Notes: generated by a model not told the origin, from the letters alone. Positions 23,117 through 33,498 are shown, counted from the first letter of the stretch. The stretch: 64,000 nt of DNA from an uncultured Sphingobium sp. (GCA_964544675.1 CAZJCT010000003.1:6203-70202); one strand, 5' to 3'. Numbers and translations are program-made.

Positions 23117-25154
23117 GCGGCTGGCGAAGGCCTGGCGTCGGGGGCTGACCCCGCCGCCGAGGATCAGCGTTCCCGAATGGGCGGACCGGTTCCGTCGCCT
23201 GGCGAAGGAAGCCGGATCGACGTCGGGCAAATGGCGGACCTCAACGGTCGAGGCATCGCGTGGTCCGATGCTGGCGGTGACCGAGCCCGGCGTGCACATC
23301 ATCTCGCTGATGGTGTGCACGCAGCTGATGAAGACGGCGTTCATCGAGAACATCGTCGGTTATCACGCGCATCTCGACCCGTGTCCCATGCTGCTGGTGC
23401 AGCCGAAGGACGAGGCGGTCGAGGGTTTCAGCAAGGAGCGGATCACGCCGCTCATTCGCTCGACGCCGGTGCTGCGGGCGCTGATCGGGTCGAAGAAGAG
23501 CCGCTCGGCCGACGAGACGCTGACCTATAAGGCGTTTCCGGGCGGTTTCCTCGCCATGGTGGGCGCGGGGTCGCCGGACAACCTGGCGCGGCGGCCGGTG
23601 CGGATCACGCTCTACGACGAGACAGACAAATATGTCGTCACGCGCGAGGGCGACCCGATCGGGCTCGGCGACGAGCGCCAGGCGACCTTCGCCAACTATC
23701 TGTCGGTCAGGGCGTGCTCGCCGACGATCGAGGGCGAGAGCCGGATCGAGACCAGCTTTCTGGACGGCGATCAGCGGCAGGCCTCGGTCGAGTGCCCGCA
23801 TTGCGGACATCGCAATTTCCTGGAGTTTTTCCGTCACGTCGAATGGGACAAGGATCCGGACAGCGGCATCCACTTCCCCAAGACCGCGCGGATCTATTGC
23901 GAGGCTTGCGGCACGGGCTGGAGCGAAGGCGAGCGACTGAAGACGCTGGCCACGACACGCTGGCATCAGACGCGGCCGTTCCTGTGTTGCGGAAGCCATC
24001 AGGATCCGATGGCCACCTATGAGGAGGCGTGGCGATCGCCTGATCGCGCTGCGGATGCGGACCCGGTGACGATGGTCTGGGACTGGTGGGCGAGTGATCG
24101 TCACGCGGTCTATCGGGCGCGCTGCCGATCTTGCGGCAAATGGGCGGTCGATAACGAGCATGCCAGCTTTACTGCCGGCAAGCTGTTTTCGCCCTGGCCG
24201 AAGGATGCGCCGCACCATCAGGCGGCGAAGTGGCTGGCCGCAAAGGACGATCCGGACCTGCGGGTCGTGTTCGACAATACGCAGCGGGGTCGGCCCCACA
24301 AGCGGCAGGCCGGCAAGGATCTGAAGGCCGAACATCTCGCGGCGCGTGCGGAGCACTGGCCGGGCGAGGTGCCGGACGGCGTGGCCGTGATTACGGTCGG
24401 CGGCGACACGCAGGACGATCGCGTCGAGCTGGAGTTCATCGGCTGGGGCGAGAACGAGGAGAGCTGGACGCTCCAATATGTCGTCATCGAGGGCGACACC
24501 TCGACCGACGAGCTCTGGGATCGCGTCGACGAGCAGCTGCTCCGGACATTCCGCAGGGCGGACGGCCGCGAGTTCACGGTCGAGGCCGCATGCATCGATT
24601 CGGGCGGCCACCGCACCCAGGAGGTCTACAAATTCTCCAAGGCGCGGCTCGGTCGCAAAATCTGGGCGGTCAAGGGCGCAAAGGAGCAGGGCGGGCAACG
24701 CGCGCCCGTGTGGCCGACGGTCAAGCCGTCGACCCGCAAGCGCGCGCAATTCAAGCCGGTGATGATCGGCACCAACGCGGCGAAGGATACAATCCGGTCA
24801 CGGCTGGCGCTGGTCGAACCGGGACCGGGCTATTGCCACTTTCATGCCAAGCGGGATCTCGCCTGGTACGAGCAGCTGCTGTCCGAGCGGCTGATCCTGA
24901 AGATCACCGCCGGGAAGCGGTTCACCGTCTGGGACTGCCCGAAGGGCAAGGCCAACGAGGCGCTCGACTGCCGGGTCTATGGCTATGCCGCCCTGCAGGG
25001 CCTCATCCATTTCGGGCTGCGGCTCAACGACCGGGTCGAAGAGGTCGCCTCGCGCTGGATTCCGCCCGCTGTCGAGAGCGAGCCCGCGCGCGAGGGCTGG
25101 GGCGACCGGGCGGACGGCGGGTGGATCGGCGGCGGCGATGGCAGCTGGCTTTGA
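23052..25154 (+). CDS. Terminase large subunit, lambda gpA family
   Basis: PPRISVPEWAD, TQLMKT, LYDETD, CPHCG, IDSGG and NEALDCRVY motifs. Confidence 0.95.
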   Translation: MSSSSSTTLASRTPISPEAKHERLAKAWRRGLTPPPRISVPEWADRFRRLAKEAGSTSGKWRTSTVEASRGPMLAVTEPGVHIISLMVCTQLMKTAFIENIVGYHAHLDPCPMLLVQPKDEAVEGFSKERITPLIRSTPVLRALIGSKKSRSADETLTYKAFPGGFLAMVGAGSPDNLARRPVRITLYDETDKYVVTREGDPIGLGDERQATFANYLSVRACSPTIEGESRIETSFLDGDQRQASVECPHCGHRNFLEFFRHVEWDKDPDSGIHFPKTARIYCEACGTGWSEGERLKTLATTRWHQTRPFLCCGSHQDPMATYEEAWRSPDRAADADPVTMVWDWWASDRHAVYRARCRSCGKWAVDNEHASFTAGKLFSPWPKDAPHHQAAKWLAAKDDPDLRVVFDNTQRGRPHKRQAGKDLKAEHLAARAEHWPGEVPDGVAVITVGGDTQDDRVELEFIGWGENEESWTLQYVVIEGDTSTDELWDRVDEQLLRTFRRADGREFTVEAACIDSGGHRTQEVYKFSKARLGRKIWAVKGAKEQGGQRAPVWPTVKPSTRKRAQFKPVMIGTNAAKDTIRSRLALVEPGPGYCHFHAKRDLAWYEQLLSERLILKITAGKRFTVWDCPKGKANEALDCRVYGYAALQGLIHFGLRLNDRVEEVASRWIPPAVESEPAREGWGDRADGGWIGGGDGSWL

Positions 25155-25164
25155 AGGATCGACG

Positions 25165-25443
25165 ATGACGCTGAGAATCGACGAGGCTGAGAAAGCCGCG
25201 CGAACTGCACGTTTCAAGCTGCACGAGGGCGAGGCGGCGATCGCCGCGCTCAAGTGGCTGAACGAAAATGCTTCGGGTGCCGATCTGGCGGTCAACTGCC
25301 GGACCGGCTCTGCGCTTCCGGGCCACAAGGATGCCATGGCCTATCTGAACTTCGAGCTCTCCCAGGTCATGGGTGAGATCATTGAAAGGGCAAAGCGCAA
25401 CGCGCAGCGCGACATGGACCGCTGCCTCGGGACGCCGACCTGA
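25165..25443 (+). CDS. Hypothetical protein
   Basis: AAGGA RBS; MTLRIDEAEK...; lies between terL and the head-completion gene. Confidence 0.6.
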   Translation: MTLRIDEAEKAARTARFKLHEGEAAIAALKWLNENASGADLAVNCRTGSALPGHKDAMAYLNFELSQVMGEIIERAKRNAQRDMDRCLGTPT

Positions 25444-25637
25444 TGGCCTACACGCAAACCGACATCGATGACCTGAAGGCGGCGATCGCGAGCGGGGCGC
25501 TGCGGGTCCGTTATGCGGACGGGCGCGAGATTCAGTACCGATCGCTTGCCGATATGCGCGAAACGCTGAGCATTATGCAGGCCGAGGCCACGGGTAGCAC
25601 GTCGAGCAGCTCGCGCAGCTTCCTGGTTGGCTTCTGA
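25443..25637 (+). CDS. gpW-like head completion / head-tail joining protein
   Basis: MAYTQTDIDDLKAAIASGALRVRYADGREIQYRSLADM. Confidence 0.85.
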   Translation: MAYTQTDIDDLKAAIASGALRVRYADGREIQYRSLADMRETLSIMQAEATGSTSSSSRSFLVGF

Positions 25638-27157
25638 TGAATTGGCTCGATCGCACCATCGGCTGGTTCGCGCCGGCGACCGGCATGCGCCGGGTCGCCG
25701 CGCGCCGGGCATTGGAGATCCACGGCCGCGCCTATGACGCGGCGCGGCTCGATCACCGGTCATCGAACTGGCTCGCGGCCGGAGCGAGCGCCAATGCCGA
25801 GATCGCAACCGCCGAAGAGCGGGTTCGCAACCGATCGCGCGATCTGATCCGCAACAACGGCTATGCGCTGCAGATCGTCGAGACGATCGCCGATCATGTG
25901 GTCGGAACCGGCATCGTCAGCGCGCCGGTCGGGCTGAAGGGCCGGAACCTGAAGCGCGCGCGCGATCTCTGGACCGCCTTTGTCGAGAATTGCGATTTCG
26001 ACGGCGACCAGGACCTCAATGGCATGATGTGGCTCGCCGAGAAGGCCAAAAATGAGAGCGGGTCGGCGATCCTGCGCTTTCACCGCCAGCCATTCGACGG
26101 TTCGACGACGGTCCCGCCGCTCAAGCTGCAGCTGATCGAATCCGACTTCGTCGACACGATGAAGAACGGCACAACGGCAGCCGGAGGAATCATCGATCGC
26201 GGTATCGAATATGACGCGGCTGGACGGCGGGTGGCCTACTGGCTGCTGCCGGCGCATCCCGGCGACGTCGCGAGCTGGCGTTCGCTGCGGATGGAGAGCA
26301 GCCGCGTGCCGGCGGACGAACTGGTCTATCTGTTCGAGAAGCTGCGGCCGGGTCAGGATCGCGGCATGCCCGTGCTCGCGCCGGCGATCATGACGCTGCA
26401 GGATCTGCGCAGCTACTTCGCCGCCGAGCTCGTCCGCAAACGGGTCGCGGCCTGCATGGTCGGCTTCATCACCTCGCAGGACGAAAACATCAAGATCGGC
26501 GTAAATGACGACAAGCCCACCTATGGCCGTCAGGATCAGAAGTTCGAGCCGGGCCTGATGTCTCGATTGCTGCCGGGCGAAGACATAAAGTTCAATACGC
26601 CGCCCAACGACAGCGGCGTCGATGTCATGGCCACGCAGTATCTGCGCGAAGCTGCGGCGGCCGCCGGCGTCATGTTCGAGCAGGCGACGGGCGACTTCCG
26701 GCAGGTCAACTATTCGAGCTTTCGCGCGGGTGGGCATGGTTTCCGACGGCGGACCGAGCGGCGGCAGTGGAATTTCGTACACAAGGTTTGCCGCCCGGTG
26801 TCGGAGCGATTCACCGAAGCGGTGATGGCGGCGGGCATGATGCCGGCGCGGACGAGCTGGCGGCACACGCCGCCCGGCTTCATTTCGGTCGATCCTGATC
26901 GGGACGCCAAGGCGGACCTCGCGAACCTGCGCATGGGCAAGGTGACGCTGAGCGAGCTCGTTGGGGAGCGGGGCTACGACTATGTCGAACATCTGCAGCG
27001 CTACGCCGAAGATCTGAAGGTCGCGGCCGAAATGCTGGGATCCGGCGTCATGTTCGACGGAGATCCGCGCAAGGTGCTCAACCAGGCCAAGCCCGCCGAG
27101 GCCAACGACGGCCAGAAGGCCGACCAGAAACAGGATGCGGCCGCAGCGGCCGATTGA
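25637..27157 (+). CDS. Portal protein, lambda family
   Basis: RSRDLIRNN, RPGQDRGMP, TGDFRQVNYSSFRAG motifs. Confidence 0.95.
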   Translation: MNWLDRTIGWFAPATGMRRVAARRALEIHGRAYDAARLDHRSSNWLAAGASANAEIATAEERVRNRSRDLIRNNGYALQIVETIADHVVGTGIVSAPVGLKGRNLKRARDLWTAFVENCDFDGDQDLNGMMWLAEKAKNESGSAILRFHRQPFDGSTTVPPLKLQLIESDFVDTMKNGTTAAGGIIDRGIEYDAAGRRVAYWLLPAHPGDVASWRSLRMESSRVPADELVYLFEKLRPGQDRGMPVLAPAIMTLQDLRSYFAAELVRKRVAACMVGFITSQDENIKIGVNDDKPTYGRQDQKFEPGLMSRLLPGEDIKFNTPPNDSGVDVMATQYLREAAAAAGVMFEQATGDFRQVNYSSFRAGGHGFRRRTERRQWNFVHKVCRPVSERFTEAVMAAGMMPARTSWRHTPPGFISVDPDRDAKADLANLRMGKVTLSELVGERGYDYVEHLQRYAEDLKVAAEMLGSGVMFDGDPRKVLNQAKPAEANDGQKADQKQDAAAAAD

Positions 27158-27171
27158 TCTTCGGAGATATC

Positions 27172-29295
27172 ATGACCGAAAAACCGAAGGCGCCGCGGGC
27201 GCCGGCGACCGCGCCCGTGCGTACAGGCGCCTTCATTCACGTTGCGCCTCGATCGCCGCAGGTTCTTCGTGAGCTTCAGCGCGATATCCTGACCCGGAAC
27301 AGCCCGCCGCCCGGTGGCGATCCGGAGGAGCGCCGGCAACCGCAATCGGGTGGACGCGGCACGCGCGCGCTCGACCTGGTCGCGAGCAGCTATGACAGCT
27401 CGGCGCGCACGGTCGAGGCGGTGCTTTCGGCCGGAACGCCGGTGCGGCGCTATTATTTCACCGAAGAGCTGGAGATCAGCGAGGCGGCGATCGACGTGTC
27501 GCGCGTCGCCGGCGGCATCTGCCCGCTGCTCGACAGCCACAACCAGTATCAGCTCGACGCGGTGCTTGGCCGGGTGCTGTCGGTCCGCTTCGAGGATGGC
27601 AAGCTCATCGGCCTGATCGCCTTTGCCGATACGCCGGCGGGCCGCGACATGGAGGCGCGGGTCGCGAGCGGCGAGCTGCGCGCGATCTCCATCGGGTACC
27701 GCGTCCGAAAATGGCAGATGACCGAGGAAGACGAGAACGGCCACGAAACGTGGCGCGCCGTCTCCTGGGAGCTGCTCGAGGCGAGCCTCGTATCCATTCC
27801 CGCCGATCCGAACGCCGTGGTTCGGTCGGCACCCGGAACCATCGATCACGGAAACCAAGAGGAAGACGATATGCGACGCAACCTCCCCGGCGGCGCGGCT
27901 GCGGCCGCTCCCGCCGAACCGACCACTGCTGGCAACCCCGCTGATGTCCAGCGCCTGGCGCCCGCCAATCCCGCTCCTGTCGACCCCGCGCAGCAGCGCC
28001 AGGTGCAAGCGCCCGTCCAGCAGCCGGCGACCGTCAGCGGGGCCGACGTTCGTACCGCCGCGCGCAATGCCGGTCTGAACGTCGACGCCACGATGGAGCT
28101 GCTCGAGCGCCATGCCGACGCTCCCTTCACCCGCGATGCGCTGATGGCCGATATCGGCCGCCGCTTCGCCGAGCGTGACAGCGGTGCGAGCACCGTCAAC
28201 CGCGTGCAGGTCACGCGCGACGCCGGCGACACCATGCGCCGCGGGATGGGCGACGCGATCTTCCATCGTATCTCGCCCGGTGCCGAGCTGAGCGACGTCG
28301 GCCGCGCCTATCGCGGCATGAGCCTGCTTCGCATGGCGGAGGATTTCCTCGGCAGCGAAGGCATCAACGTGCGCGGCATGACCGCAGTCGATATCGCCGA
28401 GCGCTCGCTTCATTCGACGTCGGACTTTCCGGCGCTGATGGCGAATGCCATGAATCGCCGCCTCCGGTCCGCCTATGAGGAAAATCAGCCGAGCTACCGC
28501 CGCTGGGCGCGCCGTGCGCCGAACGCGCCGAACTTCAAGTCGATCGACGTCGTGCAGATGTCGGCGCTGCCCGACCTCCTGAAGGTCAACGAGGGCGGTG
28601 AGGTGAAGTACGGGACGATCTCGGACGGCAAGGTCAGCTACGTCGTGCTCACCTATGCCCGCGCGCTGGGCATCACCCGCCAGACCATCGTCAACGACGA
28701 TCTGCGCGCGCTCGAGCGTGTCGTCACCGGCTTTGCCGGGTCGGCGAGCCGGCTGGAGAACCGCACGGTGTATGCGCAGCTCACCGCCAATCCCGTGATG
28801 CCCGACGGCACCGCGCTGTTCCACGTCAATCACGGCAACCTGGCCGGCGCGAATGCGGCGATCGCCGCGGCTTCGCTGGGCGCAGGTCGCACCGCAATGC
28901 GGCTGCAGAAGGGCCTGCAGGGCGAGGAACTGAACCTTGCGCCTGCCCATCTGATCGTGCCCGCCACGCAGGAGCAGCTGGCCTATCAGTTCACCTCGAG
29001 CCAGTTCGTACCGGCCAAGGCTACCGACACGAACGAATTCCGCGCCGGCGGCCGCACCGCGCTCGAGCCGATCGTCGAATCGATCCTCGATGCGAACTCG
29101 ACGACCTCCTGGTACCTCGCTGCATCGAACAGCCAGGTCGATACCGTCGAGTATTGCTATCTCGAGGGCACCGAGGGCGTTCAGATGTCGAGCCGCATCG
29201 GCTTCACCGTCGATGGCGTCGAGGTGAAGGCCTCGCTCGATTTCGGCGCAGCCGTGATCGACCACCGCGGGCTTTGGAAGAACAACGGCGCATAA
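27172..29295 (+). CDS. Prohead protease / major capsid protein fusion
   Basis: Protease motifs PLLDSH, ISIGYRV, WELLEASLVSIPAD; capsid motifs HSTSDFP, LFHVNHGN, DFGAAVIDHRG. Confidence 0.93.
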   Translation: MTEKPKAPRAPATAPVRTGAFIHVAPRSPQVLRELQRDILTRNSPPPGGDPEERRQPQSGGRGTRALDLVASSYDSSARTVEAVLSAGTPVRRYYFTEELEISEAAIDVSRVAGGICPLLDSHNQYQLDAVLGRVLSVRFEDGKLIGLIAFADTPAGRDMEARVASGELRAISIGYRVRKWQMTEEDENGHETWRAVSWELLEASLVSIPADPNAVVRSAPGTIDHGNQEEDDMRRNLPGGAAAAAPAEPTTAGNPADVQRLAPANPAPVDPAQQRQVQAPVQQPATVSGADVRTAARNAGLNVDATMELLERHADAPFTRDALMADIGRRFAERDSGASTVNRVQVTRDAGDTMRRGMGDAIFHRISPGAELSDVGRAYRGMSLLRMAEDFLGSEGINVRGMTAVDIAERSLHSTSDFPALMANAMNRRLRSAYEENQPSYRRWARRAPNAPNFKSIDVVQMSALPDLLKVNEGGEVKYGTISDGKVSYVVLTYARALGITRQTIVNDDLRALERVVTGFAGSASRLENRTVYAQLTANPVMPDGTALFHVNHGNLAGANAAIAAASLGAGRTAMRLQKGLQGEELNLAPAHLIVPATQEQLAYQFTSSQFVPAKATDTNEFRAGGRTALEPIVESILDANSTTSWYLAASNSQVDTVEYCYLEGTEGVQMSSRIGFTVDGVEVKASLDFGAAVIDHRGLWKNNGA

Positions 29296-29336
29296 GTCGC
29301 CAGAGTCCTCCTCATCATCATCCACATCCTAGCGTC

Positions 29337-29364
29337 AGGGCGGCTTCGGCCGCCCTTCGCTTTT
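29337..29364 (+). terminator. Rho-independent terminator after the capsid gene
   Basis: AGGGCGGC-TTCG-GCCGCCCT stem-loop followed by TCGCTTTT. Confidence 0.65.
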
Positions 29365-29377
29365 CGGGAGTTTTGCC

Positions 29378-29713
29378 ATGAAGAACTACACGCAGAAGGG
29401 TGACACCCTCACCCTTACCGCGCCCTATGCCGTGAGCTCGGGCGCCGGCGCGCTGATCGGATCGATCTTCGGCGTCGCCGCCACCGATATCGCCAACGGT
29501 GCCAAGGGCGAATTCGACCTGGTCGGCTGCTTCGACCTGCCACGCGCGACCGGCGCGGGCACCGACTGGACCGAGGGCACGAAGCTCTATTGGGACAATG
29601 CCGCCAAGGTGATCACGAAGACGTCCGCCGGCAACACGCTGATCGGTGCTGCCACCGCAGCCGCCGCGGTGGGCGACCCCAAGGGCAATGTCCGTCTGAA
29701 CGGCGCCTTCTGA
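29378..29713 (+). CDS. DUF2190 capsid cement/decoration protein
   Basis: MKNYTQKGDTLTLTAPYAVSSG...LYWD...VRLNG. Confidence 0.88.
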   Translation: MKNYTQKGDTLTLTAPYAVSSGAGALIGSIFGVAATDIANGAKGEFDLVGCFDLPRATGAGTDWTEGTKLYWDNAAKVITKTSAGNTLIGAATAAAAVGDPKGNVRLNGAF

Positions 29714-29779
29714 TGAGCCGGGGGCGGCCGAGCGCCGCCCCTGCTTCTTGATTCACTCTTGATCCGGAGACCCCGCGCC

Positions 29780-29968
29780 ATGCGCAAGATCATCCTTCAT
29801 TCCCCCCAGGTCGATCGCCAGGGGCACTGGCACGATGCCGGGTCCGAGCTGACCGTCGGCGCGGGCAAGGAGCACGACCTCGATGTCGCGACCGCCGATC
29901 GTCTGGTGGCTTGCGGGCGCGCGGTGGTTCCGGCCTCGGCGCCGGCGCCCGACTCCAAGAGGGCCTGA
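29780..29968 (+). CDS. Small hypothetical head-region protein
   Basis: GGAG RBS; MRKIILHSP... Confidence 0.55.
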   Translation: MRKIILHSPQVDRQGHWHDAGSELTVGAGKEHDLDVATADRLVACGRAVVPASAPAPDSKRA

Positions 29969-30275
29969 GGCCTTGCGCCCACATGCGGCCGGTCTGTTCG
30001 GCATTCGCCGGACCTATGAGGATCCGATCCTCTACACCGGCGGCACCATGACGGCCGAGCCGCTGCGGGCGATCTATTCCGAGGAGGAAGCCCCCGACTT
30101 TCAGGGCCAGGGCAAGACGCTGCGCACGGTGCGCTTCGAGATCTCGCGGGGCGAGCTGCCAGCGCGGCCCCGCAAGGGCGACCTGATCGAGCATCTCGGC
30201 ACCGAATGGACCGTCGATGACGTCACCGCCTTGACCGAGGTCGGCGCGTGGCTCGTTGCGGTGTTCGAGCCATGA
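29883..30275 (+). CDS. Head-tail joining protein (start uncertain)
   Basis: LPARPRKGDLI...WTVDDV...W.V; position between head and tail genes. Confidence 0.6.
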   Translation: MSRPPIVWWLAGARWFRPRRRRPTPRGPEALRPHAAGLFGIRRTYEDPILYTGGTMTAEPLRAIYSEEEAPDFQGQGKTLRTVRFEISRGELPARPRKGDLIEHLGTEWTVDDVTALTEVGAWLVAVFEP

Positions 30276-30703
30276 CCGCGATCCGCGAGCAGATCTTCGG
30301 CTGGATTGCAGAAGAGCTGGGCGCGATCGCCGGCGTTCAGCTGGTCGAGCGGATGCCGAGCGGCGATCCCGACCGGTTCCCGGCGCTCGAGATCTACGAT
30401 GGCGCGCAGCGGACCACCGAGGTCGAGGTCGGGTCGACCCGCTACATTCTGACCGTGCGGATCGAAGGTTATGTCGAGGGCGGCGACGGCACCGCAGCGC
30501 ATGCCGCGATCAACGAGCTACATGCCGCTGTCGTCACCGCGATGATGGCCGAGCCGCCGATCGGCGGGCTGGCCGAAGACGTCCAGGAGGGCGATGCGCG
30601 TTTCACCGTCGCCGAGCTCGCCGCGCGCAAGCGCCTCGGCTTTTCGGCCGCCTTCGACATCCAGTTCGCCACCGCGTTCGGCGATCCCTCCCAACCTGCC
30701 TGA
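30272..30703 (+). CDS. Tail terminator / completion protein
   Basis: MTAIREQI...GGLAEDVQEG...GDP; precedes the tail tube gene. Confidence 0.65.
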   Translation: MTAIREQIFGWIAEELGAIAGVQLVERMPSGDPDRFPALEIYDGAQRTTEVEVGSTRYILTVRIEGYVEGGDGTAAHAAINELHAAVVTAMMAEPPIGGLAEDVQEGDARFTVAELAARKRLGFSAAFDIQFATAFGDPSQPA

Positions 30704-30733
30704 CCTCCGCCAGATTTCCCGAAGGAGCTTTCA

Positions 30734-31966
30734 ATGTCCGATCCCGTCATTCGCCCCAAGAACGGGGTGCTGCTCATCGCGCTGCAGTCGGCCGAGGGCA
30801 CGCCCGCCGTTCCCGATCCCGCGCTTCACGCCGTCCCCTATGAGGCGGACAGCGAGAGCTTTAACACGCCGTTTCGTACCGAAGATTCGACCGAGGTCAC
30901 CGGCTCCAGCGTCGCGTCGGCGCCGCTGATCGTGGGGCAGCCGGCGACCTTTGCCTTTCGGAGCCGCCTGAAGGGTGCCGGGGCAGGGGCTGTCTATTCG
31001 AGCTCGGTCAAGCCGCCGCTGCATGCGGCCCTGCAGGCATGCGGCATGCGCGGCCAGTTCACGGCCGCGATTGCTGCTGCTGCGCTTACGGCCGGCACCA
31101 CCTCGAGCGCGACGCTTGGGGCCGGCTATGCCGGCACCGCCGAGCAATATCGCGGAATGCCGCTGATCCTCTCGGTCGGGCAAGGTGCGGGTCGCATCCC
31201 GATGATCACCGGCTACACGGCGGGTAAGGTCGCGACGCTGTCCGATCTGTACGGCGCCGCGCTCGACAACACGACGCTCGCGGCGCTGCCGGCGAACTGG
31301 ACCTATGCCGGGACGTCGCCCGCCGACCTGTCTGCCCGAGCGACCGACGAGCCGTTCGCGACCATCCGCTATTATGAGGATGGCACGATGATCGAGTGGA
31401 TCGACTGCCACGGCACGGTCGACTTCGACGGCGCGTCGGCCAAACCGGGGATCGCGGCGTTCAGCTTCACCGGAGTTTACAACGGCAAGGTCGATGCGGC
31501 GCTGCCCAACGCGGTCGTGGCTGGTCATTCGGCGCCGCTGCTGCTGAAGGGTCAGGGTCTGCCCCCGGCCTTCCAGATCGGGCGGCGCGGTCTTCCGATC
31601 AGCCGCTGGTCGCTCCAGAACGGCAGCCAAATCGAGAGTCCGGAGGATCCGAACACGCCTGCGGGCTTCGCCGGCGGCCAGATCACCGATCGCAAGCCGA
31701 TCTTCGAATGCGACCCGCTGTCGACGCAGGTCGCTGCGCGCAATGTCCTGGCCGACATCGCCGCTTTCTCGACCTATCCGGGCGCCCTGCAGTTCGGCAC
31801 CGCAGCCGGCAACCGCGTCGCGCTGACGCTGCCGCTGATTCAGCCCATCGAGTCGACTCCGGGCAAGCGGGGTGCGCTGCGGTCCGAAACGAACCGCTAC
31901 CAGTGCCTCAACCCCGGCGACGATGCCTATGGGCGCGACGGCGACCGCATCCTTTGCTTTTATTGA
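30734..31966 (+). CDS. Major tail tube protein
   Basis: AAGGAG RBS; position before the chaperone; Ala/Gly/Thr-rich. Confidence 0.65.
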   Translation: MSDPVIRPKNGVLLIALQSAEGTPAVPDPALHAVPYEADSESFNTPFRTEDSTEVTGSSVASAPLIVGQPATFAFRSRLKGAGAGAVYSSSVKPPLHAALQACGMRGQFTAAIAAAALTAGTTSSATLGAGYAGTAEQYRGMPLILSVGQGAGRIPMITGYTAGKVATLSDLYGAALDNTTLAALPANWTYAGTSPADLSARATDEPFATIRYYEDGTMIEWIDCHGTVDFDGASAKPGIAAFSFTGVYNGKVDAALPNAVVAGHSAPLLLKGQGLPPAFQIGRRGLPISRWSLQNGSQIESPEDPNTPAGFAGGQITDRKPIFECDPLSTQVAARNVLADIAAFSTYPGALQFGTAAGNRVALTLPLIQPIESTPGKRGALRSETNRYQCLNPGDDAYGRDGDRILCFY

Positions 31967-31976
31967 GGGAAATGGC

Positions 31977-32684
31977 ATGATCGCCACCGACACCGCCACC
32001 GCCCATCGTTTCACGCCGAAATGGAGGGAACGGGAGGGATCCGCGCCCGTCTATCTCCTCCGCGCGCCTAGCGTGATCGAGCGCGGGCAGATCGAGGCCG
32101 AACTATCGGGCGAGCATGGCGCGGGCCGCGTGTTCGAGTTCGAACTGATCTCGGCATTCCGCAATGGCCTTCTTGCCCTCCTCGAGGGCGATCCCGGTCT
32201 GGACAGGCTGCTCGAACTGGTCGACCGGGAAGCCGAGGGCGAGACGCTCGCGGCGGACGACCGGCAGGCGCTGATCGAGGCGCGGGCGGTGCTGGTGAAG
32301 CACTGGCCGGAATATCGCGAGCTGGTCGCCCAGCGTGACCGGCGCCGAGAGATCGCGCCGATCGTCGTGTTCCGCCGGCTCTGCATGGGCTGGGAAAATA
32401 TCGACGTGCCGTACAGCCGGGGCTCCGACCGGATGATCCCCGACGGCACGCTGATGCGCATCGACCCGCTCGAAATGATCTCGGCCGGCAATTTCGGCTA
32501 TGGCCTGATGTACGGCGCGGCTGATGAGCGAAATTTTCCGCAGCCCTCGCCGTCCGCCGAAGACCCGGCGACTTCGCCGAGCGACACGTCGAGGGTGGTT
32601 GGGAAATCGAAGGGCAGCGCTGGGCGGAAAACCCGCGCGTCGCGCTCCCGGCGTGGATCTGGAGCGTCATCGACCTCTGGCTGA
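31977..32684 (+). CDS. Tail assembly chaperone (gpG-like); -1 frameshift product extends to 32818
   Basis: GWENID motif; in-frame slippery heptamer A AAT TTT at 32531-32537. Confidence 0.75.
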   Translation: MIATDTATAHRFTPKWREREGSAPVYLLRAPSVIERGQIEAELSGEHGAGRVFEFELISAFRNGLLALLEGDPGLDRLLELVDREAEGETLAADDRQALIEARAVLVKHWPEYRELVAQRDRRREIAPIVVFRRLCMGWENIDVPYSRGSDRMIPDGTLMRIDPLEMISAGNFGYGLMYGAADERNFPQPSPSAEDPATSPSDTSRVVGKSKGSAGRKTRASRSRRGSGASSTSG

Positions 32685-32807
32685 CGGCGCAGCGCTATTC
32701 GAGCCCGCTGGGCGGCGCGTGCCTGCCATGCCCCGGATCGACGGGCGAGCAGCCGGCGGCTCTGATGGACGCCATGGCGCTGCTCGATCATCTCGCGAGG
32801 CCGAAGG

Positions 32808-33479
32808 ATGGCGGATGACGGCCTGACGATCGAGGGCGTTCTGCAGGCGCGGGACGCAATTGAGCGGAAAGTCTATCGCGCTGGCACAGCGATGATCCGG
32901 GAGAGCACCCGGGCGCTCGAGAAGCGCATCGAGGGCGCGATCCGGGGAGCGGTTCCGGGGCGTTTGTGGCGCGCAATCGCATCGAACGTCTATCCCAAAG
33001 GCGGGATCGCGCGCGAACCCGTCGGATCGATCTATGTCAACGGGGGCGAGCGCTCGAGGGGTGCAATCCGCTTCTTCACGCAGCCGGGGCGGATCAAGAA
33101 CGACGATGATTTCTTCCTGGCCATTCCGTTGCCGGCGGCGGGATCGCGCGGTCGCGACCGGCTGTTGACGCCTGGCGAGTGGGAACGGCGCGAGGGCGTC
33201 CGCCTGCGCTTCGTCTATCGGCGCGGTCGTCCGTCGCTGCTGGTGGCTGACAGCGCCGTCCTGGGCGCCAAGGGCACCTTCCGCCGGGTCACGTCGGTCC
33301 GCACCAAGGCCGACGAGCGGCGAGGCTTCGCGCGCGGCGCGACGACCATACCGATTTTCGTTCTCTTGCCCTTCGTGCCGTTTGCCAACTCGGTCTCGAT
33401 CGAGCCGCTGGTCCAGCAGAGCCGCGACGATCTCGTCGTTGGCTGGGGCAGGGCGATGCGTGCCGAGGGCGGCCGCTGA
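32808..33479 (+). CDS. Basic phage neck/tail protein (DUF6441-like)
   Basis: GRLWRAI...FLAIPLPAAG...LRFVYRRGRPSLLVAD...TIPIFVLLP. Confidence 0.65.
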   Translation: MADDGLTIEGVLQARDAIERKVYRAGTAMIRESTRALEKRIEGAIRGAVPGRLWRAIASNVYPKGGIAREPVGSIYVNGGERSRGAIRFFTQPGRIKNDDDFFLAIPLPAAGSRGRDRLLTPGEWERREGVRLRFVYRRGRPSLLVADSAVLGAKGTFRRVTSVRTKADERRGFARGATTIPIFVLLPFVPFANSVSIEPLVQQSRDDLVVGWGRAMRAEGGR

Positions 33480-33498
33480 TCTGAATTCGAGGTGACCG

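Noticed and set aside
27001..29325. 774-aa minus-strand ORF
   Set aside because: Antisense shadow of the capsid gene.
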